Under the pieces are notes generated by a model. That model saw only the letters and a list, made by a program, of their open reading frames with translations, ran no database searches and had not been told where the DNA came from. A DNA stretch of 59,815 nucleotides, filler included, from Squatina squatina (Eukaryota): assembly GCA_031763465.1 (NCBI GenBank). It is 4 parts of 4 records of this genome, joined end to end, with 100 filler letters (N's around TTAATTAATTAA, not from the genome) between each part and the next. Parts side by side here need not be neighbours in the genome. Positions count along the whole stretch, not along the records: positions 1 to 17,330 come from JARFOE010000189.1; positions 17,431 to 33,989 come from JARFOE010000115.1; 2 more parts are not named here. One strand, 5' to 3'. Made by a program: the position numbers and the translations under genes. This document shows positions 13,173 to 26,350 of the stretch, piece by piece. How positions within the stretch are numbered: the stretch's first letter is position 1; every line of letters begins with the position of its first letter.

Positions 13173-14145
13173 TAAATTCCCCACTCTCATTCTTTCCGTG
13201 TGAATCTTTCCTGTCTTCTGTGTGCGTTTCCTTTGCTCATTCATTGACTGTTCAGTAGATCGTGCCTAAAGTTCAGTGAATGAATTCACATTTCCCTTTC
13301 ATTCAGCCTTTTTTTTTTAATACTGCTGCCAGTGCCTCACATTTTAAACCACTTGGCCGGAACAGACTGGTTTCAATTCCCACTTCCTGGTGGGTGGATG
13401 GACGGATGTGTAGGATCACTTTGGGGACAGCAGGCATTCCTGAAGGCTGTTTAAATATCCGATGCCTCCTCTTTCTCAGTCGCTTTTGCTTGATTTACAG
13501 CTTAAGATTGCACATCTGCTGCAGTCGGGAAGAAGCTGTCGTGTGACGTTGGCTGTGGAATACATGATGTAATCATGAATTCTCACCGTCAGTCTGTATA
13601 TATTAGCATATTGGCTGTGGAAAAGTTCTGTGCATTCCTTTAACCTGAATAACTCTACGTATAGTGATTTACACGGTTTGCCGATTTATTTCCCACCGTG
13701 GTGATCAGCTCGATCCGTTTGGAAGTACCATCAAACCTTTAACCCTTCGATGACTGCTGCAGCATTTCCACTTCCAAAATTAAGGCCATAGTTTTTTTTT
13801 TAAACTTTCCATTCTGAGATTGTGGACCTAGCAATATTCTGCGGTTCCATACGTTTTCACAGCTGGGGAATAGTGTGTACTCAGGGCGGGACCTAAATGA
13901 CAGGAGAAATGGGTGATGAANNNNNNNNNNNNNNNNNNNNNNNNNNNNNNNNNNNNNNNNNNNNNNNNNNNNNNNNNNNNNNNNNNNNNNNNNNNNNNNN
14001 NNNNNNNNNNNNNNNNNNNNATCAACTGAACTCAGCAATGGCCAACCCCTTGTTTCCCCTCTTCACAGCTGTTTCCAGCTCTAGTTCCTCATTGCCGGTT
14101 TAAAATCTCTAAGATCACATTTCTTTGGTTGCTTTTATTTTCTAG

Positions 14146-14280
14146 GCAAGAGAGGAGCTGAGGCCAGTCCGTGAAGATTTTGAAGCCAAAAACAAGCAGC
14201 TGCTTGAAGAGATGCCAAAGTTTTACAACAGTCGCATTGATTACTTTCAGCCGAGCTTTGAAGCTCTGATTCGTGCACAG
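14146..14280 (+). CDS. BIN3: Bridging integrator 3 internal exon (BAR domain)
   Basis: tttctag|GCA...CAG|gtaggc, 135 nt, phase 0/0. Translates to AREELRPVREDFEAKNKQLLEEMPKFYNSRIDYFQPSFEALIRAQ, nearly identical to BIN3 as I recall it. Missed by the ORF track. Confidence 0.93.
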
Positions 14281-17202
14281 GTAGGCAAGCAGGCTTGACT
14301 TTTTCTAACTCTCATGCTGTCTCTATTTCCTCGGAATCGGTTACCAGTTGCTCAGTATTAGCCAGTTATCTCTCCAGCGCTGGAGCAGAATGGATTCTGT
14401 AGGAGCCGTTCTGATTCATTGACAGCGATGGGCCGCTGTTCCATGGGAGATGTGCTTTTCAATTTGCTTCAAGTGGTTTGAGTGGTTGGCATGATGTTTC
14501 ACAGTTTGCTGTGTTTCGTGAGTAGTATTGGTGCATTCGTCTGCAACCCGTAGATTTCTCTTCACGCTGAAGTACTTGTGTAGGATGAGAGTTTGAACAG
14601 AACTCAGCATTTCTGAGAGGGAAATTGGGAACCAACTGTTTAAATCTTTGGACATTTTATGGACATCTTATACTCTAATTGTCATACAGCTTTTATGATT
14701 ACATAATTTTGGTTCCTAAAATTGCTATTTGGGATTGAAGCAATACGTTGCTGAAGGTCAGGTGTTGAAATATTTCCAACGGCAGAGATGAGGCAGTTAT
14801 GGTTGCCAGATACAGCGGCTTATCCTTCCTACTTTACTGCTCTTTTCTGAAGGCACAAACCCTCGACGGGGTATGACTCTGCGAGTGCTGACCAAACTCT
14901 GGTGCCTTGTTCAAGTGGCTATTCATCATGCAAAATCTTATTGGGTATTGGAAGGCTACTCCACTTTGAGAGGCATCNNNNNNNNNNNNNNNNNNNNNNN
15001 NNNNNNNNNNNNNNNNNNNNNNNNNNNNNNNNNNNNNNNNNNNNNNNNNNNNNNNNNNNNNNNNNNNNNNNNNNNNNTTTAAAACAAATACAAAAAGAAA
15101 TGGCCACTTAGGTGAGGCAATGGAGGGCAACTGATGCCTGTAGAACCTTTGCCCTAATAAGGAGGTCTTCAGGAGAGAAGGGAAGAGAGTAAATTGATGG
15201 GGAGAAGGAATTTTAAAAAGTCTGTCCGTACAGTTTTTTTTCTAACCAAGAACTGGTACTAATTAGTGTAAGTAGCGTTTCGCTACTGACATAGCTGATG
15301 TGGATTGCCCTGAAACTGTGACCCAGTGTTTAGGCAGTTGATGAATACTGCACCATTGATTGCTTGGATCTTTGTAAGAATGGAACGCAGCGTCCTATTG
15401 CTCCTACTTGTCAGTTCAGAGAAAATGCCACGCAATAGATAGATAACTGAGTGCCGTAAACAACTGCAGAGCTCCAGACGAGAAATTGTCAAACTTTTGG
15501 CCTTAAGTTGCCTTAAAGTCGAGGGGTGTATAAAATTGTTATAATGAGCTCCCACGGTCGAAATAAATGTCGAGCAGCCTCGACGTGTTAATTTGATTAG
15601 CAACTCATTTTAAGATAGACTGGAGTTGGAACAGATATAATTGCCTGTGATTAATTCCAATGGCCTGTTTCTCAGCTCCCTCTGCATGTGTCACTAATAT
15701 GGTTCCTCATGCTGTCATGGTACCGATGAGTTCTCTTTAATCCTTTGCTGTACTGCCACCAGCTGTAATGCTGCCAGCTCTTGTACTTCATCTAAACTAG
15801 ATTGGATTGATGGCACATTTCTCTTCAAAAAGTGTTTCTTGGCTCATTTAATCCATGATGCATCCATGATGCGAAGCATGTTAGTACATCAACGCACGGT
15901 GTGACAGAATGCTCGGGTACGGGCTCCCATCTGCAGCTGTTAAACTAACTGCTCAGGTGTAGCTGGTATCAGATTTTCAATATTTTAGTTTGATCTAATA
16001 GCAATTAATCTTTTTATAGGGTCACCATGAGTTACCTATATGTATATATTAAAAATATTACATTTGTGCCACTTGAATTCACATTTTTGTGTCAATTTTT
16101 TCCCATTCTAATTTTCTACATTCACATTTTGCCGATGTTAACTTGTCACGCAAATTGCGCGGCCAGGGACTGAAGCAGCCTTTCTGCTGTCTGCGCCATC
16201 TTGCTTTTTTCCCCCGAGTTTCCGGAGGTAATTATTTATTTTTCAATTCAACTTTTATATTGTATTTTTAACCAAATGTTTCTGTTCTAAGTTTCTCATG
16301 GCCTGATTTCTTAGCTACTTAAAAAATAAAAATCATGGTTTAAGTGGAGTTCCCTTGCTCCATTTTTTGACCTTGTCTCCTCTACAGCCAACCCTGATTC
16401 ACAAGCAATAAGTTGAATGTTCTAGCCTGGATGGCTCTTTTTCGGCCAGCACAGACACAAAGGGCCAAATAGCCTCCTTCTGTGCCATAGATTTCTATGA
16501 TTCTATGAACATGGCTACAGGAAGGGGATGAGTGGGGGTAATCTGCAGGACTATGTTGTGTTTCAGGAAGGATAGAGAAGGAAAGAATGTGGTGGAATGG
16601 CTCGAGGGAAGGTTTATACTCTGGTGAGAGGATGGAACTGGGAATTGCGAGTATAAATGTAAATTCTTCCTGTCTAATTACAGTTCAATCAAACCAATGA
16701 AAGCCACAATAAATCCCCTTTGACACAACTCCAATTAACTTTCTATTTTGTTAAAGTAACAATTTCTCACAGGTCTCACATGGTTTTGTTAACCCACGTT
16801 CCTGCTCACATTCACTTTCTGTCCTGCCTTACTTGGTTTCTTAGATCCCGCAATTAATTTATGACTGTTAAGTAAAATGAACAAGTGGTATCTGGTACAT
16901 TAGAGTCTTTCAAAGAAAGCAGTTACTAAAGCAACCCTTAAATTACAACTAGTCAGAGGACAGATGAGATGGTGGGAAATGCTCCAGACACCATTCATTG
17001 TAACAATTACTTTCATGAGTTCATATACATTCAAGTCATTGATCAATCGCCCCTGGAAAGGGGAGCCAATCTCAGGAAGCCTGTTCAGGAAACTGCGGCC
17101 CTGATTTTCTACCTGTTACTTTAGATGGACTGATAATGAGGCACCACAGGTCATGTTCCTGAACCCCGTTCCTTGGTGCCCTATAAGGGATTCAGTCTTC
17201 CA

Positions 17203-17330
17203 GTGCACAGCCCAGCTCTCTATACACCTGGGTTATACGACACTTGGAGCAAGGTGCACAGTCCTGGTCTCCATATTCCTGGGTTGGACCACACTGGGGG
17301 CACTGTGCACAGTCCTGGTCCGCAAATACC
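17203..17330 (+). repeat. 51-bp minisatellite, about 2.5 copies
   Basis: GTGCACAG recurs at 17203, 17254 and 17305 with similar flanking sequence. The unit resembles the CR1 motif TGTGCACAGTTCTGGTCTCCATAT. Confidence 0.65.
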
Positions 17331-17374
17331 NNNNNNNNNNNNNNNNNNNNNNNNNNNNNNNNNNNNNNNNNNNN

Positions 17375-17386
17375 TTAATTAATTAA
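17375..17386. other. Artificial scaffold-concatenation linker
   Basis: TTAATTAATTAA centred in a 100-nt N block (17331-17430), with stops in all six frames. Identical at three places in the window. Confidence 0.95.
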
Positions 17387-18715
17387 NNNNNNNNNNNNNN
17401 NNNNNNNNNNNNNNNNNNNNNNNNNNNNNNAAACCAGAAAAATCATCAAGTCCTATCACCCCAGACTACACCCATGTTCACAGGGGGAAGGGGGAAGGGA
17501 GAAGGGGGGGAGAAGTTCCCTGCATCGACAGAAATTGTCAAACATTGATTTTAATAATCCTTTCATAATAAGCAGTGAACAGTCAGAAACCATTCTGCAA
17601 GGCCATCTAGAAATATAACTGGCGTAGCCACAGAAGAAATCGAGACGTGATACTTTACATCTCCTTCAGTGCAATACAATAAAGCCGGGAGGGCTTTCAC
17701 ATTTAATTCAGCAGCTCATTGGCTTGCAACTGTAACTGTAAGCTACATTCACTAGAGGAGTTCTAACTGTGGGAACAGTAATATCAGCAGATTGTNNNNN
17801 NNNNNGATTGTTGATAATTTGTATTAATTCCTGTTTGTAGCATCCATTCTAGGATGCATATAGTGACACCATTATTCCCGGCCAGAATGGAGATGATTGG
17901 GTAATCCCCGGTTAATCACTGCTGCCTGCACTGCCTGAACAAGACTATAAATCTGCTTTTATACTTGTTTTCTTTTCATTTGAATTCTGGAAGTCTTAGG
18001 TTTGTGAGTTGGCTCCCAGTGTTTACACTGTTTCATCCGAGTCTACCAGTCTCCTGCCACTCTATGGAAAACAGATTAACCGCGTAAATGTCAAGAGTGG
18101 AAACACTGATAACAAATTCTGAATGAAAAAGCCAATATAAAAGAATTGTAAATTTTCACCTACTTTAGCAGCCAAGTGGGTTTTTTTGTGGTCCTTTAAT
18201 CACTGATTCCCAAAAGATTAGGCTTAAAAATACAATTCTACTATTTATAAATCATATATAGTAACCCATAAAGATCACAGCAACTGATAAGCTGATTTTA
18301 TAAGCAGAAACCAAAATCTGCAACCACAGTGATATCCAAGTCAGTAATGACGAATCACTCACCGCTCTTTCTGATAGGTTCAGTGTTGGCAGGTGCAAAG
18401 CACGGGTGTGAGATGTCTTCCAATCCACAGCCATTACATTACCATAGTTATCAGTCAGTGCATTCCAAATCCTGGAGAGAAAACAGATGCATCAACAGAA
18501 TGACAATGAGATAAGTGACTGTCCACAATCTGGCAGAAATTCAACTTTGCCTCAAGCGCACAATGCAACGTTCGATCCAGCGCAACAATGTCTCAGTCAT
18601 AATCTTATACAAGTANNNNNNNNNNNNNNNNNNNNNNNNNNNNNNNNNNNNNNNNNNNNNNNNNNNNNNNNNNNNNNNNNNNNNNNNNNNNNNNNNNNNN
18701 NNNNNNNNNNNNNNN

Positions 18716-19514
18716 TATAGATGTGGATCATTTTCCATACCTTGGGAGCCTCCTCTCAGCGAGGGCAGACACAGACGATAAAACCCAACACCACCTCCAG
18801 TGTGAAAGCACAGCCTTCGGCTGCTTGAGGAAGAGAGTGTTTGAAGACAAAGACCACAAACCCGGCACCAAGCTCATGGTCTACAGGGCAGCAGTGATAC
18901 CCACTGTCCTGTATCCATCGGACACATAGTCATTGTACAGCAGACAACTCAAAGCACTGGAGAAACACCAATGCTGCCTCCGCAAAAGCCTGCAAATCAG
19001 CTGGCAGGATAAACGCACCAATGTCAGCGTCCTCTCTCAAGCCAACATCCCCAGCATCGAGGCACTGGTCCCACTCAACCAGCTGCGATGGGCGGGTCAC
19101 ATCGCCTGCATGCCTGATTCAAGGGTCCCGAAACAAGCACTCTATTCCGAGCTCATGGCAAGCACCTTCCAGGAGGGCAGAGNNNNNNNNNNAGGAAACG
19201 CTTAAAGGACGTCCTCAAAGCCTCGCTGAAAAAATGCAACATCCCCATTGACTCATGGGAATCTCTGGTCCAAGACCGCCCGAACTGGAGGAGAAGCATG
19301 CGCGAAGGCGCCAACTGCTTCGAGTTTCTCCGGCGGGAGCACAAGGAGGCCAAGCGCAGGCAGTGGAAGGAGCGTGCAGAAACATGAGCATCCCATCCTC
19401 TCGCCCCATCAAATACCACCTGCCCCACCTGTGATCGTGTTTGCGGATCCTGTATTGGACTTTTCAGCCACCTCAGAACCCACAACTCCGGAGTGGAAGC
19501 AAATCATCCTTGGC
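18716..19514 (+). mobile_element. RTE-clade LINE, C-terminal RT region, degenerate
   Basis: VDHFPYLGSLLS...TKLMVYRAAVIPT...QLRWAGHIACMPDSRVPKQALYSEL. Contains an in-frame stop and frameshifts. Confidence 0.85.
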
Positions 19515-19614
19515 NNNNNNNNNNNNNNNNNNNNNNNNNNNNNNNNNNNNNNNNNNNNNNNNNNNNNNNNNNNNNNNNNNNNNNNNNNNNNNNNNNNNNN
19601 NNNNNNNNNNNNNN

Positions 19615-20175
19615 CGGCCTCTGCACAATCCGGCAAAGCAACCGGCAGGATAAACGCACCAACGTCAGTGTCCTCTCTCAGGCCAACTTCCCCAGCATCG
19701 AGGCAATGATCACGCTCAACCAGCTGCGATGGGTGGGTCACATCGTCCGCATGCCTGATTCAAGACTCCCGAAGCAAGCACTATATTCTGAGCTTTGTCA
19801 AGGCAAGCGCCTTCCAGGAGGGCAGAGGAAACGCGTCGAGGAAATCCTCAAAACCTCACTGAAAAAATGCAACATCACCACTGACTCATGGGAATCTCTG
19901 GCCCAAGACCGCATGAACTGGAGGAGAATCATCTGCGAAGGCACCAACCACTTCGAGCTTCTCCGGCGGGAGCACATGGAGGCCAAGCGCAGGCAGCGGA
20001 AGGAGCGCGCAGATAAACAAGCATTCGATCCACTCGTCCCATCAAGTATCACCTCCCCCACCTGTGGTCGAGTTTGCGGTTCCCGTATCGGACTTTTCAG
20101 CCACTTCAGAACCCACAACTCCAGAGTGGAAGCAAGTCATCTTCGACCCTAAGGGACTGCCTAAGAAGAAGAAGA
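19615..20175 (+). mobile_element. RTE-clade LINE 3' end with (AAG)n tail
   Basis: QLRWVGHIVRMPDSRLPKQALYSEL...TCGRVCGSRIGLFSHFRTH (C2H2-like end), followed by GGGACTGCCTAAGAAGAAGAAGAA. Confidence 0.9.
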
Positions 20176-20271
20176 ACTGAACATTGGAGGATGAGATATC
20201 TAGAATATACTTGGATTTCAAAAAGTATTTGATAAGGTTTTAAGTGGGGTAAAAGCTCACACAATTAATAT

Positions 20272-21040
20272 TGGCCCAGACTTTGCTCTTAGCTGCTCAG
20301 AGTTTTTGCGGGCTTGTCAACGGAGATTTCCTCTAACCAGCGTCTTTTCCTGCGCGGCACCCTCTACAGGCCATCTGTGGTGTCTGTGGACAGGGCAAGG
20401 GCTCCTCAATCAATCAGGTCGAAGAATCCTTACTGAGAAATGCAGGGGCTGAAAGTGCCCTGTTCTGCACCTCCCGTTAGCACTTCTGGGGGCTCTAATG
20501 GGGTGTGATACTGTTTTCGCCCTGGGGAGGGCGCACAACTGGCTCCTGTGAAATTGCACAGGAGTTAACAGAGGCACTGACATGCCAGCGCAACTGCCGA
20601 TGATGTCATTGTTGTGCACAGCGGCTCTTTTACATCCCGCAGTGGAAATAGGCCAGCGGCCCCCGAGGCTGCTGTGAGCGGTGTCAGCGTAGCCTCACAG
20701 GTCGCGAACAGGGCCAACCTCCACTCCAAGGGCAAATGTTAAAGGGAAGGTGTGCTGCACGTGCGCCACCTTTTTTTTCTGGCCAACTCACCTGTCGGCC
20801 TGTTCCAATCTGCTGTCGCGTGCAGCCCAGAACTCCATCTGTGTGTGGGGCTGTGGCCATGGCACCGTGCAGACCTGGTGGCCCAGTGCAGGCCATCAAA
20901 AGGCCTGCAGAGCTTGCAGCAGCCCTCCCCTTTAACGGAAGGGGAGGGGCATTGAAATGCGTTAGCACTACGTGGAGAAGCCGTGTCGTGCTCCCGAACC
21001 CGCCCGCGTAACGTCCCCAAACCCAGAGCAATTTCACCCC
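20272..21040. mobile_element. GC-rich non-autonomous element, probable Harbinger MITE
   Basis: GC-rich block with no coding capacity. It ends in GCAATTTCACCCC, like other MITE ends here, and shares motifs (CCCCTTTAA, CTGCAGC) with 23856-24544. Confidence 0.5.
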
Positions 21041-21429
21041 AGTCAAGTCTAAACAAGGGAGTGTCAACCAGAAAATATAAATTAGTATTAAATGATGTAC
21101 AGAAAACAAAATAAACATTGGGAAATACAGATGGGATTAAGGGAGAGAGACAAAAGAGGCAGACAGTAAACTTAAAATAAATATTGATTTTTTTTACATC
21201 TCCAATACTAATNNNNNNNNNNNNNNNNNNNNNNNNNNNNNNNNNNNNNNNNNNNNNNNNNNNNNNNNNNNNNNNNNNNNNNNNNNNNNNNNNNNNNNNN
21301 NNNNNNNNNNNNATATGCCACAAAATTATTTTATTTAATGTCTTTGAGGTGAGACTCCATTTTTAAATTTGTGCTTTAAGGGCATATTTTTCTGCCCTTC
21401 TCGATACAATGATTTTTTTCAATGAGTTT

Positions 21430-22165
21430 CATCCCTCTCCCCTTTTTTGAATAAGTGTGTAACAATCCTCCAGTCCTCTGAAAGCACTCCCATATCCAAG
21501 GAGAATTGTGGCCAGAGGTTCTGCTATCTCCACTCTTCCTTCAGCAAACTAGGTTACATCCCATCTGGACCAGGTGACTTGTTAACTTTGAATGATGCCA
21601 ACCTATTTAGCATCTCCTTTCTATCCATTTTTGTGCTATTCAACATCTTTATTCCCTCCTCCTCTACTGCAACATTAACTTCATCAGCTTCTGTTATGAA
21701 GACAAATTCAAAGTACTCATTCAGTACCTCAGTCATACCCTCTGCCTCCACAAGAAGGTTTCCTTCTTTGTCCCTAATCAGCCCCACCATTTCTTTAACT
21801 ATCCTTTTACTTTTTATATGTTTATTAAAGATTTTTGAGTTTCCTTTTATGTTACCCGCTAAACTTTTCTCATATTCTCCTTTTGCCCTTCTTACGTCCT
21901 ATTGTCAATTTCCTCCTGCACTCTCTGTATTCTGCCTGGTGTCCTTCTGTATTCTGTACCTGACATTTGTCATAAATCTCCTTTTTCTCTTTTATTTTAA
22001 CCTTTATTTCCTCTGTCTTCCAGGGAGCTCTAGTTTTGGATGCCCCACCTTAACTCCTTATAAGAGTAGGCTTGGTTTACACCGGAAGTATTTCCGCCTT
22101 GAAGGCCTGCCATTTCTCATTTACAGTTTTCCTGGTCAATGTTTGTTTCCAGTTCATCTGTGCTA
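21430..22165 (-). mobile_element. CR1 LINE ORF2 fragment (between endonuclease and RT)
   Basis: The minus strand encodes VGLIRDKEGNLLVEAEGMTEVLNEYF...FKVNKSPGPDGM, the typical CR1 KSPGPDG region. Confidence 0.85.
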
Positions 22166-23046
22166 GCTTTAATTACCCACCTAAATTTGGAGGAAGTGGA
22201 GTGGCTTGTGAGTGTCCTGGTGATACTGAGCTTACCCAACCTCACCCATCAGCCTGGATGAAAAAGGCCAATAGCAAATGTTGATGGCTGGCATATCTTG
22301 CTGATAAACACAATGAACTGGTTTAATACATCAGTCTTGATGCAAAACAGCATTACTGCATGATTATGCTGACAGATGGGACTGGATCAGGTCTGCCCAC
22401 CGTGTGCATCATAATGCACCAAACATGCACAGATTGCGAGCTCTGATTTTGATGTTGGCCTACCTGGGTATGAGAACCAGACAGTAGTGTAAATACAGGT
22501 GAGAGGCAAACATAGGTTGGTTTAAACATAACCATGCTTTACAGATGTCCCTGTCTATAATAGATTAGTTTGCACATGTCTGAATGTATCTGACATGTTT
22601 ATTATTTTGTTGTTATTCACTGTCTTTGAAAAGTGACATTTTTACAAATCATCTTCTTGTGTTTATCAAACATTGTAAAGCAGTGACACAAATCACATTA
22701 AAATGTCTCATTTCATTGCAAAAACATCATATTATTTGCATGTGATCTAATTGTGATGGAAATTATGCACGATTGTTTGTGCTGTCTCACTTCCCAGCAG
22801 TAAGATATTATGGGGTAGGTTTTCACATTTACCAGTGGAGCAGAGGGGGGAAATTGGGTGGGTCAGAGAAACACATCTGTTATAGAACAACAATAGTAAC
22901 CACTTGTATTTATATAGCGCCTTTAACGTAGTAAAACATCTCAAGGNNNNNNNNNNNNNNNNNNNNNNNNNNNNNNNNNNNNNNNNNNNNNNNNNNNNNN
23001 NNNNNNNNNNNNNNNNNNNNNNNNNNNNNNNNNNNNNNNNNNNNNN

Positions 23047-23455
23047 CTCCACAACCCCCACCAATGTCTCCAATGCCAGGTCATTGAACCGAGTGGCTCT
23101 TCTAAGACGATTTGTAGCAGCCATCTCAGAGCTTCCTTCCAGCTCTGTGAAGTCCAGCAATGATGAAAATGCCCATGTTCTGCCTGAAATGACATCCCCT
23201 GTAAGAACTGGAATAAGCAGGAGGCTGATTATTACTGAATGAAAGTCAGCTGAAATTGGGAACAGCTCTGGTAATAGCACTCCTGCCACAGTGTCCCACT
23301 GAGGCCATTGGCGCCTCAAATACCACCTCCCTTAATTTCTGAGGTGAAAATGCCCAATTTTCCACAATTTTGCAGCACATCTTGCCAGGCGCTAACTGTT
23401 GAAAAAGTTAAAACTTAGTGCCCCAAATGGGGCACAACCGAATTTTGTCCCCTTA
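23047..23455 (-). mobile_element. Harbinger element end with start of Myb/SANT-like ORF
   Basis: ATG at 23124 starts MAATNRLRRATRFNDLALETLVGVVE, resembling the R-x-P-RF-S-D-x-x-LE-x-LV start of Harbinger Myb-like proteins. The element ends GAATTTTGTCCCC followed by TTA. Confidence 0.55.
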
Positions 23456-23624
23456 ATTCCTACATGAAAATTTCTACATAGAATTATGCTGAAATGACAA
23501 CAGGGAAACAAGCCAAACAGCTCAACAAATCTGTTGATGTTTATCCGGCCACAAGCAACCCATATGTTGGTCCTGTTTCCACATCCCTTCATTCCCTTTT
23601 CTCCAATCCCCTATCAACATTATT

Positions 23625-23855
23625 AGTATTATCATGGATAGAGGATTGGGTAATGGACAGAAAACAGAGAGTAGGGATAAATGGGTCTTTTCCAGGTTGG
23701 CTGGGTGTAACTAGTGGGGTGCCGCAAGGCTCAGTACTGGCGCCTCAGCTATTTACAATCTATATTAATGACCTAGATGAAGGGACCAAGTGTAATGTAT
23801 CCAAGTTTGCTGACGATACAAAACTAGGTGCGGCAGTCAGCTGTGAGGAACATAA
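23625..23855 (+). mobile_element. CR1 reverse transcriptase fragment (5' part)
   Basis: WIEDWVMDRKQRVGING...SGVPQGSVLAPQLFTIYINDLD...SKFADDTKLG, with the RT motifs QGSVL and FADD. Confidence 0.9.
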
Positions 23856-24544
23856 AGGGCGAGAAATTCCTCTCCTGTTACGCCCCGTTAGCGCCTCCGA
23901 GGGGCACTCATGGGACAAAACAGGAAAGAATGGCGATGGGAGGCAGCCATCTCACCTCCCAGGGAGTTCAGCTGGGGCACAAAGGCCTTTGCGCCTGGCG
24001 AGCTAAATTCTGTGGCGGGTCGACACATGACATGACAAAGATGCACACTGCACCGCGTGACAGCAACTCCCTTTGCAGCCCATTTGCGTCCAGCGGCCAC
24101 AGCGCCGGGCAGTTACAGTGACAGCAAAACCTGTAGCTGCAGTGGCCCTCTTAAAGGGGAGGGCCGATGCGTCTGCAGCCGCCATCTTTATTTATCGGCT
24201 GACTTGATCGTCGGCCGAATGATGGCCCACAGCCGGATCGGGCCATCATCCCCTCGCCTGGCATGTTAGGCTGGCCCAGTGTCTGGCTGTGGGGTGCCAT
24301 CAGGATGGCCAGCGGCCTTCCCCTTCAAGTGTCAGTACGCTGACGTCACGCTGACGTGGTGCTGAGGCCACGCCAGCAACGGACAAGACCAGCCGCGCCA
24401 GTTCCGGCCGGGAGCGTACTGTGGGTCACCCCCGCCCCAGAACGACTAATTCTGCAGTGGGTGGGGCGGGACGGGAGCCGGTGCGAGAAATGCCGGCTCT
24501 CACCCCGTAAACACCCGAAAAAGGCGCGAATGAATTTAGGCCCC
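23856..24544. mobile_element. Harbinger-like MITE inserted into the CR1 RT
   Basis: A GC-rich block with imperfect TIRs (GGGCGAGAAATTC / GAATTTAGGCCC) and a TAA/CAA pseudo-TSD. The CR1 sequence resumes immediately after it. Confidence 0.7.
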
Positions 24545-24938
24545 CAAGAGACTGCAAAGGGATATAGATAGACTCAGTGAGTGGGCAGTAAGGTGGCAGA
24601 TGAAGTGTAATGTAGGGAAATGTGAAGTTATTCACTTCGGTAGGAAGAATTGAAAAACAGAATATTTTTTAAATGGTGAGAAACTTTAATGTTGGTGTTC
24701 AGAGAGATTTGGGGGCTCTTGTGCAAGAAACACAAAGCTAGCACGCATTTACAGCAAGGAATAAGGAAAGCAAATGGCATGCTCTCTATTTCAAGGGATT
24801 TGGAGTCTAAGAGTAAGGAAGTCTTGCTACAATTTTACAGGACTTGGTGAGACCACACCTGGAGTACTGTTCACAGTTTTGGTCTCCTTATCTGAGGAAG
24901 GACAGACTTGCCATGGAGGTGGTGCAACAAAGGTTCAC
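24545..24938 (+). mobile_element. CR1 reverse transcriptase fragment (3' continuation)
   Basis: RLQRDIDRLSEWA...KCEVIHFG...[20 protein letters not shown]. Confidence 0.9.
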
Positions 24939-26350
24939 NNNNNNNNNNNNNNNNNNNNNNNNNNNNNNNNNNNNNNNNNNNNNNNNNNNNNNNNNNNNNN
25001 NNNNNNNNNNNNNNNNNNNNNNNNNNNNNNNNNNNNNNAATTTTCCCAATGAGTGTTCTGTGAATTGTGCAGCAATTTTCTTTGACATTCTTGGACCAAG
25101 CTGCAATCCTCTCCTGTGCTGTGCAGGAAGGGTGCAAGTTATGCATTCAAATGGTACTGAGAGAGAGCCTCCAATAAGTGCTGGAGCTCTAACTCCATTT
25201 ATCATTCCAGCAGACTTCTCGCCCTTCCCGTACTGGCAGAGGCAGTTATAAAATTGAACAGATCAGAACCCTGCCATCTGGCTATTTGAAATATTATACA
25301 TGGCAATTACCAGAAGAACAATATGAGTAGCAATTTTGTAGCTGATTGGATTTACAGCTAATGGGATCCTAATGCCATTTTCCGAGAGCATAAGCTAGCC
25401 TATTGTATTACAGAAATAGTCAGCTGAAAACTAGTTATTTTGGAGCACTAATTTTAATGATTTGTGACCTATACTGAACCCTCATCTCCAGTCAGACTGT
25501 GAACGAGGCAGCAGACTTTATCTTCCCAATGCATGAAAAATTATGCTCACGGTTCAATTCAGAGAGTGGAACCTTTACCAAATAGCAGTTTTCATCCAAT
25601 TTACAGTGTACAAAGCAAAATATGGGTAATCTGGTTTAAAAGCTGCCACCTAATTCACATCTTATCGAAATTGGCAGTTGGCGATGTAGGGAAAAATGCA
25701 TTTTCATTTCCCAGTGCAAAGGTAACATATTTTAATTGTGTTCATGTAACAAACAGTTCTGGTTGTGTGTAATAGAAAAATACTGTCTCTAATGTGTAGT
25801 CCTTGTAAGGGATAATCCTGCTCCTTGTAACAGTGGGCTGCACTAGTGCCGCGCATCTCTCCAGTGATATCTTGGCCTTGCCCTCCATTATATTGCATAT
25901 TTCAGTGTTGGTCAAAGTGCTGCGACTGTGCTGAACTTGACTCAGTGGGAATGGGACTTGTGAAGCACAAACGTAATTGGTGCCAGCTTACTTTGTAGCC
26001 GCTTGTTCAACCGCAGGAGCCGACAGCTTTAGTTCTCCACAACAGGTCAGGCGAGCCAACCGGAGACAATTCAATTTACAGTTTAATCTTTTCACTTGAA
26101 GCCAGGTGCGACAACACATTATTTTGCTTTGCAGTCATTCGCCAACACTTGTCCATTCCACATTGATCCAGCTCGCATTGTTCATTGAGCGTGTGCGTGC
26201 TGTGTCCAAAGCCTCGCATTCGATACTGATGAGCCATCCACTGACTAGACATTCTAGCTTGAGCATTATTACTTCTCGATGGGACGTACAAGTATCAAGC
26301 TTAAAAAAGTATGCGATTATCTTTATGGAAGCCTGTTGGGTATAAATTAC

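Noticed and set aside
17375-17386. TTAATTAATTAA as a homeodomain site or biological palindrome
   Set aside because: It is centred in N blocks three times and is an assembly linker.
21447-22166. 239-aa hydrophobic plus-strand ORF
   Set aside because: It is the antisense frame of a CR1 ORF2 fragment.
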